63,845 bases of DNA, filler included, from Saprolegnia diclina VS20 (GCF_000281045.1; 12 parts of 7 records of this genome joined end to end with filler, not necessarily neighbours in it); one strand, 5' to 3'. Shown: positions 23,654 to 36,889, counted from the first letter of the whole stretch. Notes: generated by a model not told the origin, from the letters alone. A program made the numbers and translations.

Positions 23654-25071
23654 TTAGACGGCGCTTTGGCGGTCCGACGCACCGAGTTTAATGTCCTTCT
23701 TGGACGTCAGCGTGCCGTAGCCTACCGAGTTGCTTCGAAAGGATCCCATGCCAAAGATCGGGCGGTCGGCGCCCGTACCCATGGTCGAGCCGGACGCCGG
23801 CGACAGCGGCATGAGCGACCCGAACCGTCCGGACGTCATGATGGACGCGTACTCGGCGTCGTCGCTCGCGTGCTGCGTGAGAAGGTAGATGCCAATGAGG
23901 ATCACTAGGTAAAACGTTAAACCATGCGTCCAACCCTGGCGACGAGGGCAATCAGCGACGTACGGCCCAAGGCGGACGGGAGGCAAATCCACTCAAAGAG
24001 GTGAAAGTCATAAAACTTGCGGTAAAACACAATGCCGCCCACGACGCTCGACTAAGAAGGACGCGATCAACCTCGGTCTGCCTACACTGCACACCGTACC
24101 CCAATCCAAAAGCACTGGAAGACGGGAAAGACTGAGAGCGTGTCGCCCGACATGATGGCGCGGTTGAGCAGATCGGTCTGCAGCACGAGGGTCACCACCA
24201 TTCCTAGTCGAGTAGGAGCATTTTCAACATATTGCTGCGCGTACCGCCGACGAAGAGGTACGTTGTGGGGTACACGAACTGGTTTTGGCCCTGGAACGTG
24301 AGCAGAAGGAGCATCGACGCACACTAATATTGGCGCCACATGGATCCCGAGACATGGAAAAAGCGAGGATGTCTACCTTGGCGAGGAGCACAGAGAAGGA
24401 CCCAAAGATGCCAGACGCGGTCGCGTACAAGTAGGGCAGGCGCCGGTAGAGATACTCGTGCGTCTTGCGCTGGTTGCGGCCAATGGACCGGATTTCGCCA
24501 AAGATGCAGAAGAGCATGATGCACTACACAGCACGCTGAGCTGCCTCGCCATGGACGCAGAGATGGCATGTACCATAAAGGTGAAGTAGACGAGGAATTC
24601 GAGGCCGCAAAATTGCGCCTCGAGCTCGTTCAGCGTCAGCTGCGCGTCCGGCTGGTTCCCAAGCGTGCTCAAGACGACGCCGACGATGATGAAGAAGGTG
24701 CCCGACGTGTCGTACCACGTGAGGCGCTGGCCGAGCCAGAGGTGCGCAAAGAAGACGTTGGCGAGGACCGTGCAGCCACCGCCGACGGCCGCGACGAGCG
24801 CTTGCGGCGCGAACGCCAGCGCTTCAAAGTCGCCGATCGAGCCGAGAATGACGAGCACCATGCCCGTGATCCAGAGCGGCCGCGTGTAGTACGTCCGGCG
24901 CTCGAAGAGCGGTCGCCCTTCCTCGCCGACGTGCGAGAGCTTCTGCACGTTGACGCCGAGGTTGGAGAGGATCGCGGAGCCGACGACAATGGCGAGACCG
25001 ATCCACTTGAGCTGTGTGGCCTCGGCCTCGTCCGCGGGTTCGACGACGAACTGCGCTGCGCCCGACGCCAT
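23654..25071 (-). CDS. NIPA-family (DMT superfamily) Mg2+ transporter, multi-exon
   Basis: IGLAIVVGSAILSNLGVNVQKLSH, LWITGMVLVILGSIGDFEALAFAPQALV, SGIFGSFSVLLAK, QTDLLNRAI, VFPVFQCFWI. Confidence 0.9.
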
Positions 25072-26260
25072 CGCAAAATAACCCACGCGACCACTTGGGT
25101 TTTTCCCACGTCTATTCGCACCATCCTTTAGCCCAGTCCGCCCTCCACAACCTAGCGTAATCGCACCGTTGGCAACGCATCCTGCGTTGCATCCCGTTGA
25201 TTGCCCTCTTGGCAGCATGCTCCCTGCGCACGGAGCTTACGAGGCCGCAGGGGACCGTGGCCAGCGACCAAACTGAACGTCAGTTGCGTGCATCTAGTGT
25301 ATCGTGACGGCGGTGTTGCACGGAACGAATGATGGGCTTTTATTAAATTGCGCGCAAAGCATACAAACAACAAGCTATTATTTAAATATCTATATTATAA
25401 CTCGGTGCCAGCACACTTCAACACGGCACGCCACGTGCGTCCAGTGTCGACAGCCACTGGACGCCGTCGATCGACGACGACGACGACGACGATAGATGGT
25501 CTATTAGCCAGTATGGAAGATATTGTCTCATCTTTGGGATTCTCGTGTGGTGTGAGTAGCCGAGACGTCAATGACCCTCTACAAGTAATGTGTGGTTCTA
25601 GTCCAGACAGGGCGGCGCGATGGCGCGTACGATCCGACGACGTCGAGTCAACAACGCACCAAGCGTTCTGTCATACAACTTGTGGACTGCAAAAGTACAG
25701 AAATGCACGGGTGTGACCAGCGATCAGCGGAACAACGGCTACAAGCCTCCGTCAGTCGTGGGCAACGAAAGTCCGCCGACGTTCGCAAAGTCCTTTCTGC
25801 AAACTGCAAGAGATATACGACTTGCCAGCACAAGTAAGGCCCTGCCCTGCAATTCCTAGTCAACGAATCCATGATCCAACAGTGTCTGTACTAGTACGCT
25901 TCAACACACTTGATTGGTCTCCCAACCCGAGCTCCGGTTTGACTGTGCGGGACTACTGGGAAGAAATCGAAAAAGCGCGAAGGGCCAAGTAGCGGCGGCC
26001 TCCGTTTCATTTCCGTGCCAAAAACATAGCTTGAATCACGTAGTGTACCCCCTGACAAGAATTGCGGCACTACGACGACGGGCTCCGTAATACCTCCTCA
26101 CTCTTGCGTTAGCCCCCAAAGGCATCGGCAATCATCGTCCGTCACGGCTTGCTGTACGCGTCGATCCAAGAGTGCAAACGAAGCTTTGGGGTCGTCGAAG
26201 GTCTGTGCATGCGATAACGATGCCGCAACATCGACAAGACAAGCTGTGCCAATTTTGTGA

Positions 26261-26866
26261 TTATATCGACGTATCTTCAACCAAGAAGCGCTCGATCGCA
26301 CTCTCGGCGCGCTTGGCTCGGTATCGGACGGTGCTGCGGTGCATACGGTGCTCCCACACGGCGGCGCCGATCGTGCACGTGCATGATAAGGCGAGGGCGA
26401 GCGCAATGACAAAGTACGGGCGTTCGCTGAACGGGTAAAACCACACGACGGCCGTGATCGGGTACTGCAGAAAGCACTGGAGGTTGAGCACCGCCATGAG
26501 GCACGCGAGCTTGCGCATCGGGACGTTGATGCCCTGCGGGTTCTCTTGGTCCATAAACTCGACGGGGAGCGACGGGAACGCCGCTTGGATCCTCGCTTCG
26601 GCGCGCATGTCGCTCGACGACGAATACATGAGGAGCCGCAGCAGCGTGACCAAGCGCGAGGGGTGCACCATGAGCGCGGCCAAGGTCAGCGTCGCGTTGA
26701 GTATTTGAATGCAAATCTCGATGTAGCTGTCACGGGTGTCGCCCGGCACGGCAAAGACGTTGGAGAGCACGAGGACGAGGAGCAGCCCGACGAGAAGCGT
26801 GAGACCGATGAAGACACTGAGGGCGACGCGCCGCCCCCGCGAGTGCTTGCTGCACATGGCGTCCAT
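26261..26866 (-). CDS. DUF2985-like multi-TM protein
   Basis: RDSYIEICIQILNATLTLAALMVHPSR and LNLQCFLQYPITAVVWFY..RP motifs; four hydrophobic segments. Confidence 0.75.
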   Translation of the reverse strand: MDAMCSKHSRGRRVALSVFIGLTLLVGLLLVLVLSNVFAVPGDTRDSYIEICIQILNATLTLAALMVHPSRLVTLLRLLMYSSSSDMRAEARIQAAFPSLPVEFMDQENPQGINVPMRKLACLMAVLNLQCFLQYPITAVVWFYPFSERPYFVIALALALSCTCTIGAAVWEHRMHRSTVRYRAKRAESAIERFLVEDTSI

Positions 26867-26996
26867 CGTGGCGGATTCAGTAGTTACGCGATCGAAGAAG
26901 CACGCCCATGTTCTAATATCGAACGAATCGCCCTCGCTAAAGTTCAAGACGCAAGAAACTGGTACGTGGAGTCGCCTTGGGAATACCAAGGGATGA

Positions 26997-27019
26997 CACC
27001 ATCCCAACTTGGGATGGTG
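26997..27019. repeat. Inverted repeat (11-bp arms, 1-nt spacer)
   Basis: CACCATCCCAA-C-TTGGGATGGTG, extendable imperfectly to GGGA...TCCC. Confidence 0.85.
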
Positions 27020-28143
27020 ACGTCCCGTCAAGTGAACGCTCGAGTGTGGAATGCACAAACATCTCAAGACATTGCTTGCAAGACGTCATGTGGACCGCCA
27101 TGGACCTCGTTTCTACCTCGGCGTTCAAGGCCGCACTGCATTGCAGCCCGGTGCCACTTGATTGCTGCCAGACCCCAGTAGCTTTAGGTCCAGCGCAGCT
27201 CGACTTGGCGCCTCGATCCCGAGCGTCCTCGGTATGGTGAATGACACCGGCATGGCGAAGGCCTTCGTGTCATGGCGTGGGACACCCTTTCCAAGTGCAT
27301 GCATCGAAGGCGCTCGGTCGTTGGCGCCAGATCGAATGCGTCACCACGTGCCACGTGCGAGTGTTCCGTATCCGGATGTGGCCAAAGCGACGAGTAAAAA
27401 AACGGTCTTTTTCACACGGCTAAACCAACGCCACCTAATTGCCTTGCGCAACTCGGGACGATTACCGGCAGCCCGCTCCATTGCATTCCTGCTGCCCCAT
27501 CGGTAGCATCAATTGCAGCGCACGTGAAAGCCAATCGGAGGCGCTCAAAACCGATCTGGATGCTCCGACGGTGCTGGTGGACGCTGCCGATAGTGACTCC
27601 ATTATTGGTCATCACCCCAAGCGTAACGAACCGCCCTCGACCACTCACGCGACGGTGTCGATACATGGACGCCTCGGATGGCCCATGGTTTCGCCCGTAA
27701 ACCTGCTGTATACGGTGGACGCACGTCGATGGGTGGGATATACCCGCATCATTATTACATTGATCCTTTATCTCTCTTCTATCGCAAGGATGCTATCCTG
27801 ATGCCTTATAAACGTGATGCAAATCATAGTCAATACCACTGCATTGTTGGTGCGCCGTAACAGTAGGCATGCAAGCACAGTGGGGCAGCGGGTCCAGCGA
27901 GCGCGCAAGATGGCGTCCCAAAATCTCTCCCAACGCCGGGTAAAATGGCGTGCGCGTATCCACACCGTTTCTCACTCGCCACCAAAATCCCACGTCCATA
28001 CAAATATCAAGCTAAACGAATGATTTTCACGTCCCGAAAGTGCAACCTGGTGATGATGGATCTACAATTCGAAACTTCAAGCGCCGCCGTCAGTTTACAA
28101 ACCGCGCGCGTGTTTACAAATACGGCGCGGCCCTTGGCCTAAG

Positions 28144-29448
28144 ATGCCATTCTACGATCGTTCGCACAGCGCGCAGATGACGACCAAGACGACGACGACC
28201 AAGGGCAGCTGGACGCGCATGGCGCCGTCGCACCTCGCGGCCAACACGTCCAACCCGATCCGCAAGATCGTCGACAACATCAAGATGCCCGCGCACTCGG
28301 ACAAGGAGCTCATTCGCCTCTCGCTCGGCGACCCGACCGTCTTTGGCAACCTCAACTGCCCGGACGTGCTCACGGAAGCCGTCGTCGCCAACGTGCGCTC
28401 GGTCAAGCACAACGGGTACATCCACTCGGCGGGTACCGAGGCTGCGCGCGCGGCGATCGCGACCGCGTACGGCCACCCGGTCACGCACCCGCTGACGAAA
28501 GACGACATTATCATTGCGAGCGGCGGCTCCGGTGCGCTCGACATTGCGATCACGGGTCTTGTCAACCCGGGCGAGAATATTCTCTTGCCCAAGCCGGCGT
28601 TTTCGCTCTACCAGGTCATTTGCGACGCGCACAAGATTGAGACGCGGTATTACGACCTCGTGCCGGAGCGCAACTGGGAGGCCGACTTGACGCAAATGGC
28701 GTCGCTCATCGACAGCAAGACGCGCGCGATCCTCGTCAACAACCCGAGCAACCCGTGCGGCAGCGTCTACTCCAAGGCCCATCTGAACGGCATCCTTGGT
28801 GTCGCCGAGGCGCACCATGTGCCCATCATCGCCGACGAGATTTACGGCGACATGACGTTTGGCGACTCGGTGTTTTACCCGATGGCGTCGCTCACAACGA
28901 CCGTGCCCGTCATCTCGTGCGCGGGCTTGGCCAAGCTCTTTGCTGTGCCCGGCTGGCGCGTGGGCTGGATCGCGGTCCACGACCGCAACAATGTGCTCGC
29001 GGATATTCGCGACGCGTACTTCAAGCTCTCGACGCTCATCCTCGGCGCCAACTCGCTCGTGCAGTCGGCGATTCCGACTGTGCTCACGCCGACAAAAGGC
29101 TCGCCGGAGGAGAAGTCGCTCTCGGCGTTCAAAAAATCTTACTATGATGTGCTCGAGGCCAACGCGCAGTTTACGCTGACGGCGCTCGCCAAGATCCGCG
29201 GCCTCAAGGTGGTCGTGCCCCAGGGCGCCATGTACGTCATGGTAGGCATCGACACGGCGATCCTCAAGGACATTGCCGACGACTTTGACTTTACACAAAA
29301 GCTGCTCAGCGAAGAGAGCGTCCTCGTGCTGCCGGGTCAGTGCTTTGGCATTGACAACTACTTCCGCGTCGTCTTTTCGGCGCCCCAGGCCAAGCTCGGC
29401 GAGGCGTACGACCGTATTGCGCGCTTCTGCGCCCGCCACTCGGCGTAA
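28144..29448 (+). CDS. TAT: Tyrosine aminotransferase (class I PLP-dependent)
   Basis: NPIRKIVD, LSLGDPTVFGNL, NGYIHSAG, VNNPSNPCGSVY, IIADEIY, GLAKLFAVPGWRVGW (PLP Lys), PQGAMY, EESVLVLPG. Intronless; the true start may be the second Met. Confidence 0.95.
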   Translation: MPFYDRSHSAQMTTKTTTTKGSWTRMAPSHLAANTSNPIRKIVDNIKMPAHSDKELIRLSLGDPTVFGNLNCPDVLTEAVVANVRSVKHNGYIHSAGTEAARAAIATAYGHPVTHPLTKDDIIIASGGSGALDIAITGLVNPGENILLPKPAFSLYQVICDAHKIETRYYDLVPERNWEADLTQMASLIDSKTRAILVNNPSNPCGSVYSKAHLNGILGVAEAHHVPIIADEIYGDMTFGDSVFYPMASLTTTVPVISCAGLAKLFAVPGWRVGWIAVHDRNNVLADIRDAYFKLSTLILGANSLVQSAIPTVLTPTKGSPEEKSLSAFKKSYYDVLEANAQFTLTALAKIRGLKVVVPQGAMYVMVGIDTAILKDIADDFDFTQKLLSEESVLVLPGQCFGIDNYFRVVFSAPQAKLGEAYDRIARFCARHSA

Positions 29449-31953
29449 ATTAGTGGTATAGTTTAAAAAATAGTCTTTACAACCTTAAACACCAAACAGG
29501 TGTTTGCATCAACAGACTGCACGCGCATGCGCATAGGTACCTAGTCGATTTCAGATGTATAGCAATGTAGTCGTCGGGGCAAACACTCGGATTGTTTCGA
29601 AATCATCGAAACCGCTTGCTCGTTTTGCTGTTGACCGCACGGGCAGTTCTCATTCGCCAGCTGCATCTTCCACTCATGGAACACCGGTCTCAAAAGCAAA
29701 TTGATATCGCGTCCCAAGGCTAACGTGTAGTCTCAGACAAGAAGACCTCTTTTTTTTGCTTGAAGTAAAAGTCAAAGCCTCGCCCGCGGCCACAAGCGTC
29801 GTAGGGCGACGACAGACGAGCCCCCGCGCCGCCGCCTGCGCAGCCACGGCCCGGACCGGCGAGCGAATGAAGAAGAAGGAGATTGCTAGTCTCTACGTAT
29901 GCGAAGTCTATGTGTAAGTATGAAGATAACGCGAAACACTTCATATATAAGTCAATGGATCACGACCTTCAGTGGCCTCGGGAACCGACGCTTCGACCAT
30001 TCGCGCAAAATGACCGTAGGGTAGCAAGTAACTGTACAAGTGGTATCAGCGTTGTGCGCCAGCGCAAAGTACCTGTGCGCCTTTGTGAACATGGATGCAC
30101 CAACGCCACTTTGTCACGAGCAACTTTGTTATACTACGCGTTAAGGCTGGGCTATGCGTACGCCCTTGATTTCATTTACGTCGTCGGATACTGGAACGAC
30201 ACTGCGGTTAGGGTTCCATTCCAAGTTTGTAACATCTACTAGAAACTGATGGACGGTCCAACGGTATTGGTGGCCGCCATTCGCGCCGCGTTCTTGACCA
30301 CGATGCACCTTCAGCATTAGCTCAATACCCGAACGATGTGTCTCTTTTACATGACGAACGCACTAGAACGACGCCTGGCATCGCGACCAAATCATTCCCG
30401 CATGTGCCATCGATGCACCTCGCCTCCGCGACGGCTTAGCCAGGTCGCTGCAACATGCTTTGAGACGAAAGTCCAACAACAGTTTCGTGTAAATCATACT
30501 ATTAATAGTGTCCAAATATACTCGCTACAAAAACAACTNNNNNNNNNNNNNNNNNNNNNNNNNNNNNNNNNNNNNNNNNNNNTTAATTAATTAANNNNNN
30601 NNNNNNNNNNNNNNNNNNNNNNNNNNNNNNNNNNNNNNTTCTTGTTTAGTCGCCACGTGGGATCCTGCGTGGGATCTTGCGGGAAGGTAGCCAGCGACTA
30701 TTCTTAGTGCCGCGTACCACAGCTGGCCCTTTACACGATCGACTTGTGCCACCGAGTCAACACGAGTCAAACTTCAACCAGTGCATACAACACTTGCATA
30801 AATCGGCAAACACAGCGTGTCCTTGCGCAAAAGTTGGCATTCTCCATGGCACATACAGATCGACGGCAGTTCGAATCATCCTCATGCCTCTGCCTGTAAT
30901 CAAGGAGTTAGTTTGAAGCTAAGGGCTATAAGAACCATAGCTTATATTACTGCAGAATGAGGCGTAGCATTGGAGTTGCCAGGAAAGCCGACACAAGATC
31001 CAGTACTGTATTTTTTTAACTGGAAAATGGATCATGGCGGCATCATGATCAATTTCACTTACAGATAGCTAAGGGATAGGGTTGGAAAAGCTACGTGAAG
31101 ACGCACGGCCCCACGGCGGTTGCGAGAAGTGCCGATGTGGTAAGGATCGGGATGCGAGGGCCTTGGATGCTCTGGTGCAGCGGCTGCACGATGAAATCAA
31201 CCTCTGGATTCAAAAGTAGCCAGACGGATTTTTGTCCAGATTACCGGAACCAGTTATCCCAGAGTGTGTGGACACGTGCATGTTTGGTATCGCGGACCAG
31301 AACCCATGCGGTACCAGATTGCTGTATTCCTCTGGATCCACGTCAAGATGCCAGCGCGCACCTGAGATGGCTCGTTTTTGCATATCTGAAACGCAGGGTC
31401 AGTGGGCAAGTGTGGGATGCAAGTTTCTCACGCAGCACCGCGCTCGCGGGTCGCCGCCAGGAATCGGTGCGGCTTGGGAGCTCGAGCTGTTTGTTTACTA
31501 TTCGATGAAGTACGACGCTGTAGTAATCCAACCGCCGGTGCTGTTGCATTTAGTCGTCGAGTCGACAGCTCCATAGAACTCCAAGGCAGCGAGTTGCCTG
31601 CACCTTTGATGCTGCTACAGTGCTCATGATGCCCAGTTGGTCATCGAGCTTCAGCTGCCCGCACGCTGACTTTTCCCGGGTGTCTCGATATATTGGATAT
31701 TTGTGCCACTACAGCGCGGTGTCGAAAAACAACTAAAATGAAAGCGATTAATGTATGTGGCATTGACGCCGAGCCAGTATCCTGATGAAACGGACAAACT
31801 TGGTTGTTGCCGCTTGTCGAGGCCAAGGGAACGAAACCGTGATACTATATATATNNNNNNNNNNNNNNNNNNNNNNNNNNNNNNNNNNNNNNNNNNNNTT
31901 AATTAATTAANNNNNNNNNNNNNNNNNNNNNNNNNNNNNNNNNNNNNNNNNNN

Positions 31954-32531
31954 NGGCTTGACGTAAGCTGCGCTGCATGGCCGGAGGTGGACGAGATGGC
32001 GTAGGTGCTTTGGCCTGTGCTCGGGCGCGTACCAGTCGCTCAAGTTCCTGCACCAGGCCGACCGCGCCAAGTCGCAGGGCCACACATGCGTGCTCAAGCT
32101 ATGGGCGGTGCTCGGGTCGCTCATCCTCTACCAGCAGTACGTCGAGGTATTTCTCTCGTGGTTTCCGTTCTACTACTGGGCCAAGTGCGTGCTTCTTATT
32201 GCGCTCTTGACGCCCAAAACCAACGTTCCGTCGCTCGCGTTCGAGGCCGTCGTTGTCCCGCTGGTCGAGGCCGCCGAGGTCGCCTTTGACTCGCGCGTCA
32301 AGCCCGCGCTGGTGCAGCTGGCTGCGCGCCACGGCCACTGGCTCCACTGCGCTGCGATGCAAGTGGCGCTCCCAAGCCTCGCGGACGCCGAGCTTGAAAA
32401 GCTGGCCACTGAGCTGCAACGCCGGCTCGCCGACATCGAGGTGCGTCTTTGGCCAGTCCATGGACCGAGGATTTATTAGAAATTGGGCTTAGGCACTGCA
32501 GCAAGCGCGTGCGGATGCCACCGACGACTAA
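31954..32531 (+). CDS. TB2/DP1/HVA22 (REEP-like) protein, 5' truncated by spacer
   Basis: GAYQSLKFL...LKLWAV...EVFLSWFPFYYWAKCVLLIALLTP; terminal exon ALQQARADATDD*. Confidence 0.8.
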
Positions 32532-32555
32532 ATACATTGCATAAATACAAGTCGA

Positions 32556-33692
32556 TTACGCGGCCGATGGGCTACTCGCGAGCGTCGCAAGCACCTCTTG
32601 AAGGGTGGTGATCGTGGACGGGAACGACGGCCGGGCCGACGCATCTTCGGCCCAGCAAGCCTCGGTGAGGCGGAGAAGCGCTGGCGGCCACGTAGCTTCG
32701 AGCGCTGCGAGCGACGGGCGGAGTCCTTCGTATGCGATCTTCTTGACGAGAAGCTTCTTCTTCATCTTCTCGGTCGCAAGCTCAGCGTACGGCATCTGGC
32801 GCGTCATGATCTCGACCATGACTAGACATTCAGAGTTAGTTTATGGAAGGACTCGAATCGAGGAATAACCAATCGCAAAGCTGTACACGTCGACCTTTTC
32901 GTCATACTCTTTTTGGCCACGCAGGATCTCGGGTGCGGTCCAGATCGGCGACCCCAAAAGTGTCATTTCGCCATTCGTCTTTTCGCGGCTAAACTCAAAG
33001 TTGGCGATTTTGGCTTTGAAATCTTGCCTACAACCACGAGTCCTGTGGAGATGCATAATAAAATTGGAGATGGCGTACGTGATGTGGATGTTGGCACACT
33101 TGAGATCGCGGTGGAGAACCTGCGGCGTGTGCGCGTGGAGGTACGTCATGCCCCGCGCAATGTCGAGCATCATGCGGACATTGGCTTCGGGCGTCAGCGC
33201 AATGTCGGGCGACTGCAGCAGCGTCGCGAGGTCGCCGCGCGCCAACTGCTCGGTGACCATGCAACTAAAGGCAATCGTGAGATCGAACGACATTGCAATA
33301 AGAACTCACATGCAGGACTCCGAGTCCCAGCTAGCACCAATGCACTGGACGATATTGGGGTGGTGCATGTCGATGACGAGCCGCGTGACGCGCGCAAAGC
33401 GCTCAACAGCTTCCTCGGTGATGTGCGTGCGGAAGAGCTGCTTGACGAGGACGGGCGTGCCCGTGTACGTGCCCGGGCGGACGCACTCCCAAGGCGGGCT
33501 ATTCGTTGTCAAGCGGTCGCCGAGTCGAAGCGCCTTGAACGGAATCGCGATCGTGCTCAACGTCAAGTCCGACGTCAGGTGCTGCTCGATGAAGGTCGTG
33601 CCAGGCGCGCGTGGCGGCGGCGACGTCGACTTTTGCGGCTGTGGAGGGGGCGCCACCGGCGACGGCGGCGGGATGCTTTTGCAGTTGCCCAT
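32556..33692 (-). CDS. TKL-family kinase-like protein (probable pseudokinase) with N-terminal MGNC acylation motif, multi-exon
   Basis: VLVKQL, HHPNIVQCIGA, HRDLKCAN, KIANFEFS (DFG replaced by NFE), GSPIWTAPE, DVYSF, CW...RPSF. Confidence 0.88.
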
Positions 33693-36529
33693 CGCAGTTC
33701 GAAATGCTCTGTGATCGCCAGTTTGCACTTTATATTGGTAACAAACGCACACTATTTACGGCGATTTTCAATATGGTTTTGGAGGCGCCATCAACGGCTC
33801 GAACCGATGCGAACTTATTTAGCAAGTCAGCGACAGCCTCGCACAGCACCCATAGTGCATCTCGGGCGCGGAGCGAGCAAGCTTGCAAGCTAACAAGCGA
33901 GGTGCGTTGGTTTCTACAGTGTCGTGTGCAACGACCAAGCATTTTAGCCAATCACTGCATGCGAATGAAAGTGATGCGATGCGATTGGTTGGAATGCGCA
34001 CCTCGAAAGTCGAGGACGCGCTTTTGATTGGGTTTTTCTTTACATGTTGATAATATGGTGTTTAAATAGTGTGAAATCGAGGCTGCTGACAATCCTGTGC
34101 AAGGTGCCATGTATTGGTAATCCCTACAACCGAGCATTTGAATTCGGCAACGATTCAGTCCTTCGTGTTGGCGATTTTGGTGTCTTTCGGCACAGCGACT
34201 TGTGCAAAAACGTTTTTTGCTATCTAGACGGTTCTGTATGTGATGGAGGTTGGTTTGGGGTTCTTGGGTATCGTGCAACAGCCACACTCCGAGCACAACA
34301 AGACGCGGGCTGATCCTCAGACGTAAGCTCACGCTCTCACGCTGCTTTTTTGCCAACTTGGATGCCGCGGACAAGGACATTCGATGCAGAGTCAAGAAGG
34401 AGCATCACTGTGGAGCCGGAAACGAAAGATCTACCTACATTCCTTGGTGCGACGGAGAATGATGCACACGTCGACAGCACTGTCGCAGGAAGCCATAGTG
34501 CAGCTTTCATTGCTGGCCTGCACTGTAGTGCGCTCATGGCCACACATGATTGCGAACAGCAGAGAAGAAAGAATGTGTCAATGGCATGGGTTCTGTGCGT
34601 CATTTAATGTAGCTGCTGTCTCAATGTACAATATTGTCGTTCATATCTATGATTATGTCTCCAATACATGCTACAATTCATTCGAGAGGCGCGCCAGTCG
34701 AACCAAGTCGCCTCGCGTCGCTTGGTCACGGAGCCGTGGTGCGCACGATCACTCCTCGGTGGCTCGAAGCGATTGGGCATAAATCAACAAATCTGTGTGC
34801 TTTCTTCTTTTGATTCGTTAAAAAGAAGCCAATCACACAGCTTCAAGTGGCATTTTCGAATCCTTCCCCAAAATGATGGCCTTGACCCGGACGCAGGTTG
34901 CGGCCTCGGCCGCCCATGGCACCTCGCTCAGGGCCGTCGACGCTGCCTTTGTCAGCCTCGACCGCTTCGACGGAGGTCTCTTCGCGCGCAATGCCAATGG
35001 CTCGCACGCGACGCTCCTCTTCGCTGCCAGTGTGCCCCCTGCCGCCATCTCAGTCGGTGGGCTGGAGTGATTGATCCTCGATGCGACGGCGCCGCTTAAA
35101 AAGTCGGACAAAAAAGCGCTGAGCTCAGCGCTTGTGGTTGCAACTGCGTTTGCAACGGCGCTTCGTATGCCCCGTGGCTCTGCGGCGGCCCGTTGGACTC
35201 GGGCGCCGCGGGCGCGTGGATCTTGTGGGGCGGCGGCTGGGGCATTCTGGTCTCGATGGCCATCGACTACTAGTCCCAGGAGTCGTTGCCTCAAACCGTT
35301 GAATGACAATATTTGCACTCCAAACGAGTATTGTGTTTTGTCCCATGGACAAATATTAGTTGGTGGAGAATATGTTCGCAAGCTGGTTCACGCTTGAAGA
35401 GTGCTCTCAATCGACAAACGTCATTGTATGATAGAAATTGGTTGTAGCCATATTACTCGATCATGTAGCGTGCATGACGACACTTCGTCGATGGAACGTG
35501 CGTTTGCTCGTACGTGACGGAATAGCACCTACCGTTTACNNNNNNNNNNNNNNNNNNNNNNNNNNNNNNNNNNNNNNNNNNNNTTAATTAATTAANNNNN
35601 NNNNNNNNNNNNNNNNNNNNNNNNNNNNNNNNNNNNNNNGCGATGAAGCCATGTGGCGCAAGCTCGCTGAGGACAAGCGCAGGCACGACGACGTCCGCGT
35701 ACGCGAGGCGCGCAGCCCAGGACTGAGCCTCACACGGAGCCGCGGCTCTCACAATAATATGTAAAGCACGATTTTATATTTTTACTCTCACAATCGATTA
35801 CCCTTTAAATACCATGAAATATGCACTATGCACTTTGCAAGACATATTTGGATCGTATTTGAATTAAATGGCCCCCACTAATGGTGGTGGTGGAAAGAAT
35901 AGCGTCACAAAGCCAACGAACGCTTCTCTCGAGTCGCTTGTTCGCACTCATGTATACATCATCCAGTGTATTCAAACCACGTCCTTGGAGCCTGGTGAAT
36001 CTGTGCCGAGTTGTAGTTTGCCGTATGGGGCAGAGAGAGACTGCATAGAGTCCCAGCCACATCTTTGAACGACGCCGAATGGGACTTTGGAGACATAATC
36101 GTTACCCTCCCCCCATTCTCCGAGAGGGCCTTTGCCACAAGTGCCGGCTCGGGTCGATTTAACCCTCAATTCGCATCGCATTTACTAGCACTAATTTTTC
36201 CGCCCTTTTGCTCATTTTTCTACCGGTACTGGGCTCGGCTCATTATTATTTCCTTTGCGACTTGGAAACGTCGTTCATGCCGCGATTTGCGCCATGCCAG
36301 CGCAGAAATAACAGGTTGGAGGAACACTTCGCTCCTGCGATTTGTTAGCGTACCTCAAGAGTCTTTGACCACGACGAGATTGACGTTCTCAAGCCCGGTG
36401 TCGATGGCAGATATCATGGGTCTGCATGGGTCAATATTCAGATATCCACCAGGCGGTACGAAGAGACAACTAAGTCTACATACACTAAAACACGCATTCT
36501 TTTACAAAATGCTCCGAGCCATTCGCGTA

Positions 36530-36733
36530 GGATGGTCGCCAGGAGTCCAGTTGCCTACGCGCACGTGGCTGCTTGGTGTTTTAGATCACGCTTGCTCCAT
36601 AAGCATCGCCTCGAGGCGCTGAACTATTTCGTCAAAGGACGGACGCTGTGCGGGATCAGGATGCCAACACGTCTCCATGAGCGTGAACAAGGCAGCGGGC
36701 CACTCGGATGTGCGGACAAAGACAGGGCGGTAG
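36530..36733 (-). repeat. Diverged duplicate of the 3' end of the adjacent kinase-like gene (36834-37037)
   Basis: About 204 bp is repeated on either side of a 100-N gap. This copy encodes ...METCWHPDPAQRPSFDEIVQRLEAMLMEQA*. Confidence 0.9.
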
Positions 36734-36889
36734 NNNNNNNNNNNNNNNNNNNNNNNNNNNNNNNNNNNNNNNNNNNNNNNNNNNNNNNNNNNNNNNNNNN
36801 NNNNNNNNNNNNNNNNNNNNNNNNNNNNNNNNNGGATGGTCGCCAGGAGTCCAGTTGCCTACGCGCAAGTGGCTGCTTGGTGTTTTTGA

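Noticed and set aside
25472..25492. (GAC)n microsatellite and other short tandem duplications (11655-11680, 13210-13241)
   Set aside because: Ordinary slippage repeats with no evidence of function.
34873..35397. Two in-frame ORFs separated by TGA (selenocysteine or readthrough?)
   Set aside because: There is no recognisable domain, redox motif or SECIS-like structure; this is more likely a decayed fragment.
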